Part shown: positions 11,601 through 19,534 of the stretch, piece by piece | How the letters are laid out: each line of letters begins with the position of its first letter | Position numbering within the stretch: position 1 is the stretch's first letter | Assembly: GCA_973895155.1 (NCBI GenBank) | Contig: OZ316894.1 | Coordinates: 12,998,828 to 13,062,827, forward strand | DNA from: Marsupella aquatica | Lineage: Eukaryota; Plantae; Marchantiophyta | Direction of reading: 5' to 3' | Length of the DNA: 64,000 bases | Made by a program: the position numbers and the translations under genes | The notes under the pieces: model-generated | Seen by the model: only the letters and a program-made list of their open reading frames with translations | The model's database searches: none | Told to the model about the DNA's origin: nothing

Positions 11601-13310
11601 TTTTCTTTCTCCAGTAGTTTCAGCAGACTCTGCATGCCTGGTTGCTGTATCGGCAAGTCTTCCTTCCTGGGCCTAAACACCTGCTCGATCGTAGGACTAA
11701 CAGGTGGTTGAGGCTTCTCAGCCAACGGCCTCGGCGTTGGAGCTTCCTCGGGTGCCCTTACCTGCAGGGGAAGTACCGGGGCAAAAGTCTGACCTCTGGC
11801 ATACCGGCACAACAGCGGCATGTGATAGCCCAGCCGCGACACGCTCCCCATGCCGATTACCTGCTGCTCCTCCTTTAAGATCTTCTTCAATTGGTTGAGG
11901 AGGTACCCGTTGTAGTCCCGGCTTGGGTCTGGCCTTTCTGCCAGATAGACCTGTGCCTTGCCGATCTCTGCCCTCGGCAAGTTACAATGCATGGTCACCC
12001 GCAAGAAGTCGATCATCTCTCCTATGTGCGGGTTGGTGCAGGTGTTCCGGAAGAAGCCATTCTTCGTTGATGGCCCGGGGAACGACCGGAACTCCTTGTC
12101 AGGCAAGGTCTTCCTGGTATCAACTTTGGTCTTATTGCCTATCGGCAGGCCAAACACTTCGGCAATTACCTTGGGAGTAAGATAGAAATCCTTCCCATAT
12201 ATCCTCGTGCAATTGGTCTCGGGTTCCCATGACCCCACGAATTCTAATAGGTCTGACTCCAGTACCTCCGGCTTCAGCCATGGTAATCTTACAAAGGCCT
12301 CCAAGCCGGATCCGGCCATGAAGCCTTGGTATCTCTTGGTCTGCATGGCCGTAAAGCATGCATCCTCCTCCCGTGCAAAATGTAGTTGCACCTCCACCGG
12401 TAGGGTTGCCGCCCAGTCCTTCCAGGTGTCATCCCTGGTTGGAATGGCCTTGATGGGATCGACCTCCTCCTCTTCGGCTTCTCCCTGCCTCCTGCTCTGC
12501 TGCTCGGCTGGCTTCTTTGGTGCCGCCGACCTCGTTCTTTTTGCCGGGGTGGCTTCATCGTTGACGGCTCCCTTCCTCTTCATCTCTGCTGCCGTGGAGG
12601 TTTCTCCTAGCACCGTTGCCTGGGTCCACCTTTCCGTGCTACCCTTTAATTCCCAATGTATGTCGTTGCAGTTCTTGATGGCCTCTCGGATGCCGACGAC
12701 GCTGTCTTTGCAAAACAGAAGATCGTCGAGTTGATTGGAAGTAGGCGTCCACAGGAACTCGTCCTTGATGAGTTCGCCTCCTAAGAAAGCCGTCTTCTGC
12801 AGCTCCCACAATCGAGCGAGCTCCTGCCGTTCTCGAGCTGCCCTTTCTGACTCCTCGTCCTCGTAAGTCTTGATATACTCAGTTGCCCGTTCGAACAGGC
12901 ATCCCCAGAAATGTGCCGCTTGATTGACGTTGCTCATACCCTCCTTAGGTCGATCGTCGGTATCTACTCTCTCCCCGAGTGCTTGCCTAAGCAGCTGACA
13001 GTAGTTGGCCTCCCGTAGTCGTCTGCCTAGTTCGTGCTCGCAAATGAGCCACCATCTCCTGCAAGCGCTCCTTACCCCTCTCCTCTGCCGGTCCTTCTTC
13101 CCGTTGATCCTTCCTAGCCGCCGACGCTTAACGCGCCCTAACCCTAATCGGGTTTTCACCCTCAGCCTTACCTCCGGCCTCGGCCCGGGTTCCATGGTTG
13201 CCCCTAATTGTTTATATTTTCCTTGTTTTGTCCCTATACTAAGGTGTTCCTAGGGTGCCTTCCTGCTTTACCCACTTAACCGGCCGAGTGATTCCTGTCT
13301 AGGCATCACA
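8642..13310 (-). repeat. 3' LTR of Gypsy element (4669 bp)
   Basis: Near-identical to 19535-24202 (about 22 substitutions and 1 indel counted by eye). Preceded on the minus strand by the PPT. Confidence 0.97.
9563..13195 (-). CDS. LTR-encoded 1210-aa accessory protein (plant-transposon-protein-like domain, long coiled coil, disordered tail)
   Basis: Uninterrupted ORF wholly inside the LTR. The LLEFV..YGKDFYLTPKVIAEVFGLP block resembles plant retroelement extra-ORF domains, followed by a heptad-rich E/K/Q region. The true start may be the downstream MSNVNQ ATG. Confidence 0.85.
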   Translation of the reverse strand: MEPGPRPEVRLRVKTRLGLGRVKRRRLGRINGKKDRQRRGVRSACRRWWLICEHELGRRLREANYCQLLRQALGERVDTDDRPKEGMSNVNQAAHFWGCLFERATEYIKTYEDEESERAARERQELARLWELQKTAFLGGELIKDEFLWTPTSNQLDDLLFCKDSVVGIREAIKNCNDIHWELKGSTERWTQATVLGETSTAAEMKRKGAVNDEATPAKRTRSAAPKKPAEQQSRRQGEAEEEEVDPIKAIPTRDDTWKDWAATLPVEVQLHFAREEDACFTAMQTKRYQGFMAGSGLEAFVRLPWLKPEVLESDLLEFVGSWEPETNCTRIYGKDFYLTPKVIAEVFGLPIGNKTKVDTRKTLPDKEFRSFPGPSTKNGFFRNTCTNPHIGEMIDFLRVTMHCNLPRAEIGKAQVYLAERPDPSRDYNGYLLNQLKKILKEEQQVIGMGSVSRLGYHMPLLCRYARGQTFAPVLPLQVRAPEEAPTPRPLAEKPQPPVSPTIEQVFRPRKEDLPIQQPGMQSLLKLLEKEKKSASATTTATATMQDTTTEVGLHRLTRENPFAGDKERIRPESKPGVRMYVGTSSSESEAELPEAPTDEEEKEKPDVQEVEEAVEDCSHDNSGYGSDHHVPGVRTCGRFVPTLPRVVRGDPNQQSSPESPPPDVAPPSSDGIKQTVQEFQERIKQEEEAALAKEKDLPGGDWPEDIRRLAKKGSKPLATIEEIRRTAWEQRPRWAMPITSTYSTYAKNRAMEYGEMCGELALDIFGEELEVGPFFHREQLEKHQLEEAVALERSKKDEVIRRLRRMEAEIEDLRTAKKAQDELRIKRHELNIMQGQLDTAQADNQNIKDKLTQTQEELADTIKEREKWKQELKNTEEAHITANSRAMAETQRKEWALKGELEKIRGALEQKEAELGKSYQGIMALQQELASLTASFKADLREKDEMLEQTYAKMNQMESVIIGELDKELKATQEERTTLKQEREEAQKELEEARKDLDETQEELEEITRKMENLQRRADNQTERLKKQAAVFRCLSSSGPTPIGATKLPGVVLAEEKAAPTAPVPEVSGKGKGPAAEPEKKKKRKPSGSRSNPTPQAVVTKEVEPAPSSDMNTAIDPAMITGRDGAAQAELLSKEASIPDPPLEQAGETVAEAEAVTDSRADADADGGPSQADGELTQSRAGNLSGNEPTAVAEEEALGASIKDPPPVS

Positions 13311-16300
13311 TAGCTCCCCACTTAATTGTGAAGCGTCCTCGCGAACAACTTCATCTTCGTCCATATAGTATTTCTTGAGGCGGTCATAATGGATGCGAAC
13401 TGGATATACCTCTCCCGTAATGTTGGCCAATTGTACGGAGCCATTGGGGAACATCATGGTTACTCTAAAGGGTCCTAACCAGCGAGTGTAAAGCTTTCCT
13501 GGAAACCTACTATACCTACTGTCATAAAGTAGCACAAGATCACCGGTATGAATACTAACTACTTTTAACCTTTTATCATACTGCTGCTTCATGATATTCT
13601 GTCTATATTCTACTCTCTCAGCTGAAATCATTCTCGCTTCCTCTAAAGCTTCTAACCTATATTCTCGCTCCTTTAGGCTCTCCTCCGCTGAGGCTCTTTC
13701 CTCAATTGTAACTTGAAATGTCGGTATCTCAAGTTGCATGGGTACCAGGGCTTCTTGTCCAAAGGTTAAGAAGAAGGGTGTATGACCGGTAGTGGATTTA
13801 TAGGCAAGATTGTAAGCAAAAACAGCAGCAAACAATTTATCATCCCAATCGAGTTTGTTCTGAGCTACTGTCTTGTTCAATATCTTTCCTATAATTCTGT
13901 TTGCTCGTTCTGTCAACCCGTTTGCCTTTGGATGGTAGGGAGTAGTAGGCCTATGTTTAACTAAATACTGCTCATTTAAACGACTAATTATATCATTCAA
14001 AAAATGGGTTCCTCTATCACTAACTAATTCTAGGGGTGCTCCATACCTGGTGAAGATCTGCTCATACATGAATCTAGCCGTAGTAATTGCATCATCCTTC
14101 GTTGTTGGTCTGGCCTCTACCCATTTAGTTGCATAATCCGTAGCCAGGATTATGTACTTGTTCCGTCGAGGGTGGGTCAGTGGTTTTAGAGGTCCAATGT
14201 AATCAATACCCCACTTCTCGAATGGTGCCAGAGGTAGAATAGGGTGCAGTGGATGCCTGGTGGACGCCCTTGGTCCTCCCGCTCGTTGACAAGGATCGCA
14301 TTGTTTGATAAACTGATAGACATCTTTGTGCAAGGTGGGCCACCAGTAACCGGCATTTAATATCTTTTTAGACGTGGTTACTGGGGCAAAATGTCCTCCG
14401 GCCTCCTCTCCATGCATGGCCCGTAGGACTCGTTTTACCTCTCTCTTTTCCAAACATCTTTGAATCGTGCCCTTGATTCCATGCTTGTGCAGTATGCCTT
14501 TAATGCACTGATACTGTCTGACCTTCCGCACAAAGACTGCAGCTTGCTCTCGGCTTAATCCTGGCTGTAATCTGGAAGTGCTGAGAAATTGTAAAATCTC
14601 AGGGTACCATGTACCAGCTATTTCCACAACGAATAGCTCCACGTCGGGGAATCGATCATCGATGCAATCCGTGGCAGGTTTACCTGTGATCCTTGAAAAG
14701 AAGTCGGCATTGGCATGTAACTTTCCCGGCTTGATCCTCAGCTCATAGTCAAACTCCTGTAATAGCAAAATCCATCTTGCTACTCTGCCTGTAAGGTCCG
14801 GCTTATTGACTAGGTACTTCAAACTTTCGTGATCAGTATGAAAGATTACCTTGTACCCTAGTAAATAATGCCTAAACTTTTTACAAGAATAAATGACTCC
14901 TAATGCTTCTCTTTCCGTGGTAGAGTAGTTCCGTTTGGCATCGGCAAGCTGACGGCTTGCGAAGTATATGGGATGGTCCCTTCCTTTCTCATCCAACTGA
15001 CTTAGTACTGAGCCAATACAGAAGCCCGAGACATCTACAAAAACATGAAAATCTTTGTTCCAGTCCGGTGCTATCATGACTGGGGCCTCTACTAACATCT
15101 GCTTTAATTCTACCACCGCTGTGACTCGTTCGGGGGTGGGTTCGAAGTCTGCTCCTGCCTTGAGCATATTGGTTAATGGTAAAGCTAGCTTGGCAAAATC
15201 CTTGATGAACCGGCGATAGTAACCAATGCATCCCAAGAAGGATCTTACATCCTTTATGTTCTTAGGTTGCATGATATCTAGCCATACTGCTAGCTTACCT
15301 TTGTCAATCTCAATGCCCTTCCTTGATACCTTGTGACCTAGTAGCACCCCCTCGGTTACTGCAAAAAAACATTTATCTGGGTGTAACTTGAGACCCACCT
15401 CTCTACATCTCATGAAGGTTTTCCTGAGGTATTTAGCATGTTTCGATGCCTTCCCGAATACTGCAAAGTCATCAATGAAGATTTCCATGAACTTTCTCAA
15501 GTAATCATGAAAAATGTTCACCATTAATTGTTGGAACATAGCTGGTGCGTTGCAGAGTCCAAACGGCATACGATTGAAGACATAGATCCCCCATTCCGTG
15601 ATGAAGGCCGTTTTGATTTGGTCTTCCTGCCGAATCCTGATTTGGTTATAACCAGAGTATCCATCCATGAATGAATATAGTTCATGACTGGCTACCATGT
15701 CTAGTACCATATCAGTAAACGGTAAAGGAAAATGGTCTTTTAATGTTGCTTCATTCAGCTTCCTGTAATCCTGACAAACCCGGATCTTGGGTTTACCATC
15801 GGGTCCAGCTTTCTTGGGAACTATCACAATTGGAGACACCCAGTCTGAATGCAGGACTGGAGTGATGAATCCAGCTTCCACTAGTTTGTCGATTTCTGTT
15901 TTGACCAGCAGGGAATACTTCGGGTTCATCCTTCGAATTGGTTGTCGAAATGATTTGGCTCCTAACATGAGATCAATTCGATGTTCCCCTAGTGTTGGAT
16001 CTACTCCCTTTAGATCTTGGTGACTCCATGCAAACACATCCTGAAATTCAATCAATAAGTCACTGATCTCTTTCTCGAGCTCAGGTGCTAGGTTTCTCCC
16101 TAAGTTTAGTTCTCTTCCCTCTCCTAAGTCGAGCTTCCGATATTGCCGTGCTTGGATCATATTAATCTGCTTCTTCAAATTCGGGTCCAGTTCGGCTTCC
16201 AGTCTCTCTAATCTCATACCTCCATAAACTGGAATCTCGGCTGGACTAGCCGAGTCGGTCCCGTCCTTGGTGTCCATAGATTGTCCCCTTACCGGTCTAT

Positions 16301-16565
16301 TCGGTTTTGAATTAGTGGTCGGCTCCCCTTCCTGCCTTGGCTCTGGATCGTGTCTGTCCATCTCATCCACCTCTTGCTCCTGAGAGTTAGGCCGCTGTGC
16401 TCTCTCGGCTTCTAATAGGGCCTCAATTTGTTCTGCCCTCGTAATCGGCTTGTATGCCGATCCCTTGGTATTTAATTCCTTGCCGATGATCGATGGCGTT
16501 GTGGACCCCGTCGGCTCTGCCACAACGCCTGCAGAAAATCCACTGTCCCTGCTACTGCTCCCCAC
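13299..16565 (-). CDS. pol: Gypsy pol: reverse transcriptase, RNase H, integrase
   Basis: RMPFGLCNAP, FIDD, VFVDVSG, TDHESL, integrase HHCC, GIDYIGP/SDRGTHF/TERAN and GPF motifs. No chromodomain. Stop codon lies inside the LTR. Confidence 0.97.
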   Translation of the reverse strand: MGSSSRDSGFSAGVVAEPTGSTTPSIIGKELNTKGSAYKPITRAEQIEALLEAERAQRPNSQEQEVDEMDRHDPEPRQEGEPTTNSKPNRPVRGQSMDTKDGTDSASPAEIPVYGGMRLERLEAELDPNLKKQINMIQARQYRKLDLGEGRELNLGRNLAPELEKEISDLLIEFQDVFAWSHQDLKGVDPTLGEHRIDLMLGAKSFRQPIRRMNPKYSLLVKTEIDKLVEAGFITPVLHSDWVSPIVIVPKKAGPDGKPKIRVCQDYRKLNEATLKDHFPLPFTDMVLDMVASHELYSFMDGYSGYNQIRIRQEDQIKTAFITEWGIYVFNRMPFGLCNAPAMFQQLMVNIFHDYLRKFMEIFIDDFAVFGKASKHAKYLRKTFMRCREVGLKLHPDKCFFAVTEGVLLGHKVSRKGIEIDKGKLAVWLDIMQPKNIKDVRSFLGCIGYYRRFIKDFAKLALPLTNMLKAGADFEPTPERVTAVVELKQMLVEAPVMIAPDWNKDFHVFVDVSGFCIGSVLSQLDEKGRDHPIYFASRQLADAKRNYSTTEREALGVIYSCKKFRHYLLGYKVIFHTDHESLKYLVNKPDLTGRVARWILLLQEFDYELRIKPGKLHANADFFSRITGKPATDCIDDRFPDVELFVVEIAGTWYPEILQFLSTSRLQPGLSREQAAVFVRKVRQYQCIKGILHKHGIKGTIQRCLEKREVKRVLRAMHGEEAGGHFAPVTTSKKILNAGYWWPTLHKDVYQFIKQCDPCQRAGGPRASTRHPLHPILPLAPFEKWGIDYIGPLKPLTHPRRNKYIILATDYATKWVEARPTTKDDAITTARFMYEQIFTRYGAPLELVSDRGTHFLNDIISRLNEQYLVKHRPTTPYHPKANGLTERANRIIGKILNKTVAQNKLDWDDKLFAAVFAYNLAYKSTTGHTPFFLTFGQEALVPMQLEIPTFQVTIEERASAEESLKEREYRLEALEEARMISAERVEYRQNIMKQQYDKRLKVVSIHTGDLVLLYDSRYSRFPGKLYTRWLGPFRVTMMFPNGSVQLANITGEVYPVRIHYDRLKKYYMDEDEVVREDASQLSGELCDA
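13311..13324 (-). promoter_or_regulatory. Polypurine tract of Gypsy element
   Basis: Minus strand reads taagtggggagcta immediately before the 3' LTR TG. Confidence 0.85.
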
Positions 16566-19273
16566 TTAGCCGTTTCATCCAATTGGTCTACATCCTTTAC
16601 TTCCTCCGGAATTGCAGCTAAAAAGGTGGATTCTATTGTAAAGCAGTCCTCGACCTCTTCGTCTTCTTCTTCCAAGTCACCTTCCATTGGTTCTTGCCAT
16701 AATCCGCTGGGGGCTACCTCTGGTCCAAAGACACCTTCTTCGGTTAGGTTAGTGAGGCATTCTAACCAACGTACTTCATCGGCTGACTCCAGTCCACTGT
16801 CGTACCCATCTACTTCCCTTATGCTTTTCCTACGGTCATCCTTAGTGTCCCAGGATACCGTGATAGAGGGGGTCCCGAAAGTGAACTGCTTTTTACCCCA
16901 ATCTTCTATTACCTCGGCTAGGTACAGCCATGGCCTACCAATCAATAGCCGGAATGATGTAGGATTTACCGGCTTCATTACTACATAGTTAATGCTAAAG
17001 AAGATACCTCCTATCTCTGTCTTGATGCCGGTTAACACTCCCGTAGGAATGACCTGATATCCATTGGCCATGTTCAACACTCTTCCAGTCATCTCCGGTG
17101 TTAGACCCCACCCTTTTGCTGTTGAATCAATCATAATACATACCCCTGATCCTCCATCGATGGGTACCCGTAGTAATAATTCTCCTTGAATCATTAATGG
17201 TAATGCTGGGGCTCCTTGATCTTCTTCTATCATTAGTACGTCGGATCTGGTTGCTACCTTGGGTAATCTCGGCTTGCCGAGAATAGCCTTCCTTAATTGC
17301 TTCCGGAAATACGGGCTATTTTTCAATAGTTGACCTACTGTTGCCGAGACTCTAGATTCTAGTACATCTTTAGCCAGGTCATAGGGAACAATCGGCTTCT
17401 CTTCTGGTGGTGTTTCCGTCTTGGATTCGGCCAGTTTTGCCACGCTAGTCTCCACAGCTGTTGGGTCTTCCGAAGCAAACAATGCTTTTGCTCGTTTTAC
17501 ATCCTTGGCAATGGCTTCGGTATTCTCTAGGGTTTCTAATTCTCTTAGTTGTTCCTTAACACTAGCCGTAACAGAGGGGTAGAACAACTTAGGATGATCT
17601 CGATTGAAGTCGCTATCTTGTGAAGGATTGGTTTCACTGGTGGGCTCATGGCTTACCTGTATTGCCGGAGCCCTCCCTTCTCCTTCTGTTGATGTTGACG
17701 AAGAGTCGATCCTTTCCTCCATAACCTTCCCTTTATTTTTGGCCAGCCCATCCCACCTTTCCTTCCTTCTGGTAGATCGAGTAGAGACTCGGTAGCAATC
17801 ATGATCTAAATCCTCCTCTGAGAAGGTTGATAGGGCTTCGGCCTCATCAGCAGATGGTACGAACTCTGCCTCGGCATCCTCTTGCCATCCTAGTTCGATG
17901 TGGTTGATTTGAACTCCTCCGGGGGTAGTACCTGGCGGTAAGATCTTGATCGGCAAAAGCTTATGATTTGCGGCCAGGCCTGCCAACCAAGTAGGACATT
18001 GCCCTAGCATATGACCTTCCTGTCGGCATCCCATACATAGCTGAGCTGGTTGTCCATCACCCTGTTTGCGTGCATTCGGGCATTCTCTAGCAAAATGGCC
18101 AGGTTGACCACAATTATAGCACGCCGCAAATCTTTGCACATTCGGCCTAGGAGGTACTGACGGGTTCTGAATAATCCGAGGATACATCTCTCCTGGATTG
18201 TTCCTTAACCCTGACCACAGAGATGCAGGTCTGTTGGATAGGTCTCGTGCTCCAGTCTCACTGATGCCGAAAACACTATCAGCGGCATCTCCTAAAAAGT
18301 ACTCTACTTCTCCCTGACATGGTCTGATCTCGGCCACATGCCGAACATGATTAGTATTAAGCTTAGGACACGCATCTTTATGGTGTCCGGTTTTATAACA
18401 TAAGGCACACCATACAGAGCTATCCTCCTGTACTACCTTCTTCTTTGGTTTTACCTCTGCAATGATAGCCTTAAGTTGCTCGGTAAGGGCTACGATGTTA
18501 TCTGGTGGCTTAGCCTCCATCTTGACTTTCGTCTTCCCTCTCCTTCTGCCCTTCCTTTTCCTAGTTTTTTCTTCTTCAGAACTAGAAGATGACTCACTCT
18601 TGCTACTCCCACTATCCGAGCTTGACTTATCACTTCTAGACTTCTTGGGATGTTTCTTCTTCTTATCTTTTTTCTTATGGGGTGATCCCTCCTCTGATGA
18701 GGAACTCTCAGACTTAAGTTGTTTCTTCCGGCTTGTGATATCTGCATTAATGTATAATTGAATATCCTTAATTGCTTCGGCTAAAGTCTCCGGGTTCTCC
18801 TTCCTAATTGCAAAACTCATCTTCTGTGGCAAAGCATTCACCAACCATTGAAGTTGCATACCTTCAGATGCATTGGTCTTTGTACGTCTTACCAGTTTCT
18901 GAAAGCGTTGCAAGAACTTCCTGAAGGATTTGTTCTCCTTGAACCGAAGTTGTCCCAACTTTAGCACTGCTAGTTCTGAAGTTCCAATGGGTCGAAACTC
19001 CTTAACAAAGAGTGTTTTGAAGATATCCCAGATGGCTTGATCTTCCACATCTAATGCTCTGTACCAAGGCCTAGCCTCACCGTTGAACAGGCCGGGAAGA
19101 ATCTGCATCTTGATGGCCGATTCTCCATTTGCTGCAGCGGTTCCCTCAAAATCATCCAACCATTCGTCCGGATCCTCATCTCCTCTCCCATGAAATGCCT
19201 TGTAATGTATGCGCGACCGCTGGCTCAATCTGGTCCCTGGCCTCTCGTCTGGCCGTGCCTCTGGTTCCCCCAT
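16472..19273 (-). CDS. gag: Gypsy gag-protease
   Basis: Capsid-like N-terminus (EDPDEWLDDF), three CX2CX4HX4C knuckles, aspartic protease IDGGSG and LIGRPWL. Confidence 0.95.
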   Translation of the reverse strand: MGEPEARPDERPGTRLSQRSRIHYKAFHGRGDEDPDEWLDDFEGTAAANGESAIKMQILPGLFNGEARPWYRALDVEDQAIWDIFKTLFVKEFRPIGTSELAVLKLGQLRFKENKSFRKFLQRFQKLVRRTKTNASEGMQLQWLVNALPQKMSFAIRKENPETLAEAIKDIQLYINADITSRKKQLKSESSSSEEGSPHKKKDKKKKHPKKSRSDKSSSDSGSSKSESSSSSEEEKTRKRKGRRRGKTKVKMEAKPPDNIVALTEQLKAIIAEVKPKKKVVQEDSSVWCALCYKTGHHKDACPKLNTNHVRHVAEIRPCQGEVEYFLGDAADSVFGISETGARDLSNRPASLWSGLRNNPGEMYPRIIQNPSVPPRPNVQRFAACYNCGQPGHFARECPNARKQGDGQPAQLCMGCRQEGHMLGQCPTWLAGLAANHKLLPIKILPPGTTPGGVQINHIELGWQEDAEAEFVPSADEAEALSTFSEEDLDHDCYRVSTRSTRRKERWDGLAKNKGKVMEERIDSSSTSTEGEGRAPAIQVSHEPTSETNPSQDSDFNRDHPKLFYPSVTASVKEQLRELETLENTEAIAKDVKRAKALFASEDPTAVETSVAKLAESKTETPPEEKPIVPYDLAKDVLESRVSATVGQLLKNSPYFRKQLRKAILGKPRLPKVATRSDVLMIEEDQGAPALPLMIQGELLLRVPIDGGSGVCIMIDSTAKGWGLTPEMTGRVLNMANGYQVIPTGVLTGIKTEIGGIFFSINYVVMKPVNPTSFRLLIGRPWLYLAEVIEDWGKKQFTFGTPSITVSWDTKDDRRKSIREVDGYDSGLESADEVRWLECLTNLTEEGVFGPEVAPSGLWQEPMEGDLEEEDEEVEDCFTIESTFLAAIPEEVKDVDQLDETAKWGAVAGTVDFLQALWQSRRGPQRHRSSARN
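16482..16541 (-). promoter_or_regulatory. Candidate -1 programmed frameshift signal (G GAU UUU plus stem/pseudoknot)
   Basis: Heptamer at 16535-16541 in the gag frame, 5-nt spacer, then a perfect 10-bp stem (16520-16529/16495-16504). Loop GCCGA is complementary to downstream UCGGC. Confidence 0.7.
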
Positions 19274-19510
19274 GTCGGTTGGAGACTCACTTCTCCTTAC
19301 CGACTCTTCTTCTGGTATGTCTTCTTCGACGCCACTTCCAGTTTCGGATCTACCAGCTCTTTCTGCCCCTCTCAGTCGCTGTGTATCATGCCACCCGGCG
19401 AGCTGCTGCAGTCAAGCTCTCTCCCGTTGAATCACTCTTTCTTCCCTCGGCGTAAGGTCAGTCATTACCTACGCTTCCGTTCTAACTTCATATCTCACGG
19501 CTTAAGAAAT

Positions 19511-19530
19511 GCCCCCTCCATCTAGCGCCA
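19511..19530 (-). promoter_or_regulatory. Primer-binding site of Gypsy element
   Basis: Minus strand reads LTR-CA, tttt, TGGCGCTAGATGGAGGGGGC. Confidence 0.8.
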
Positions 19531-19534
19531 AAAA

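Noticed and set aside
9563-13195. LTR ORF as an env gene
   Set aside because: No signal peptide or transmembrane segment is visible. The protein is highly charged and coiled-coil.
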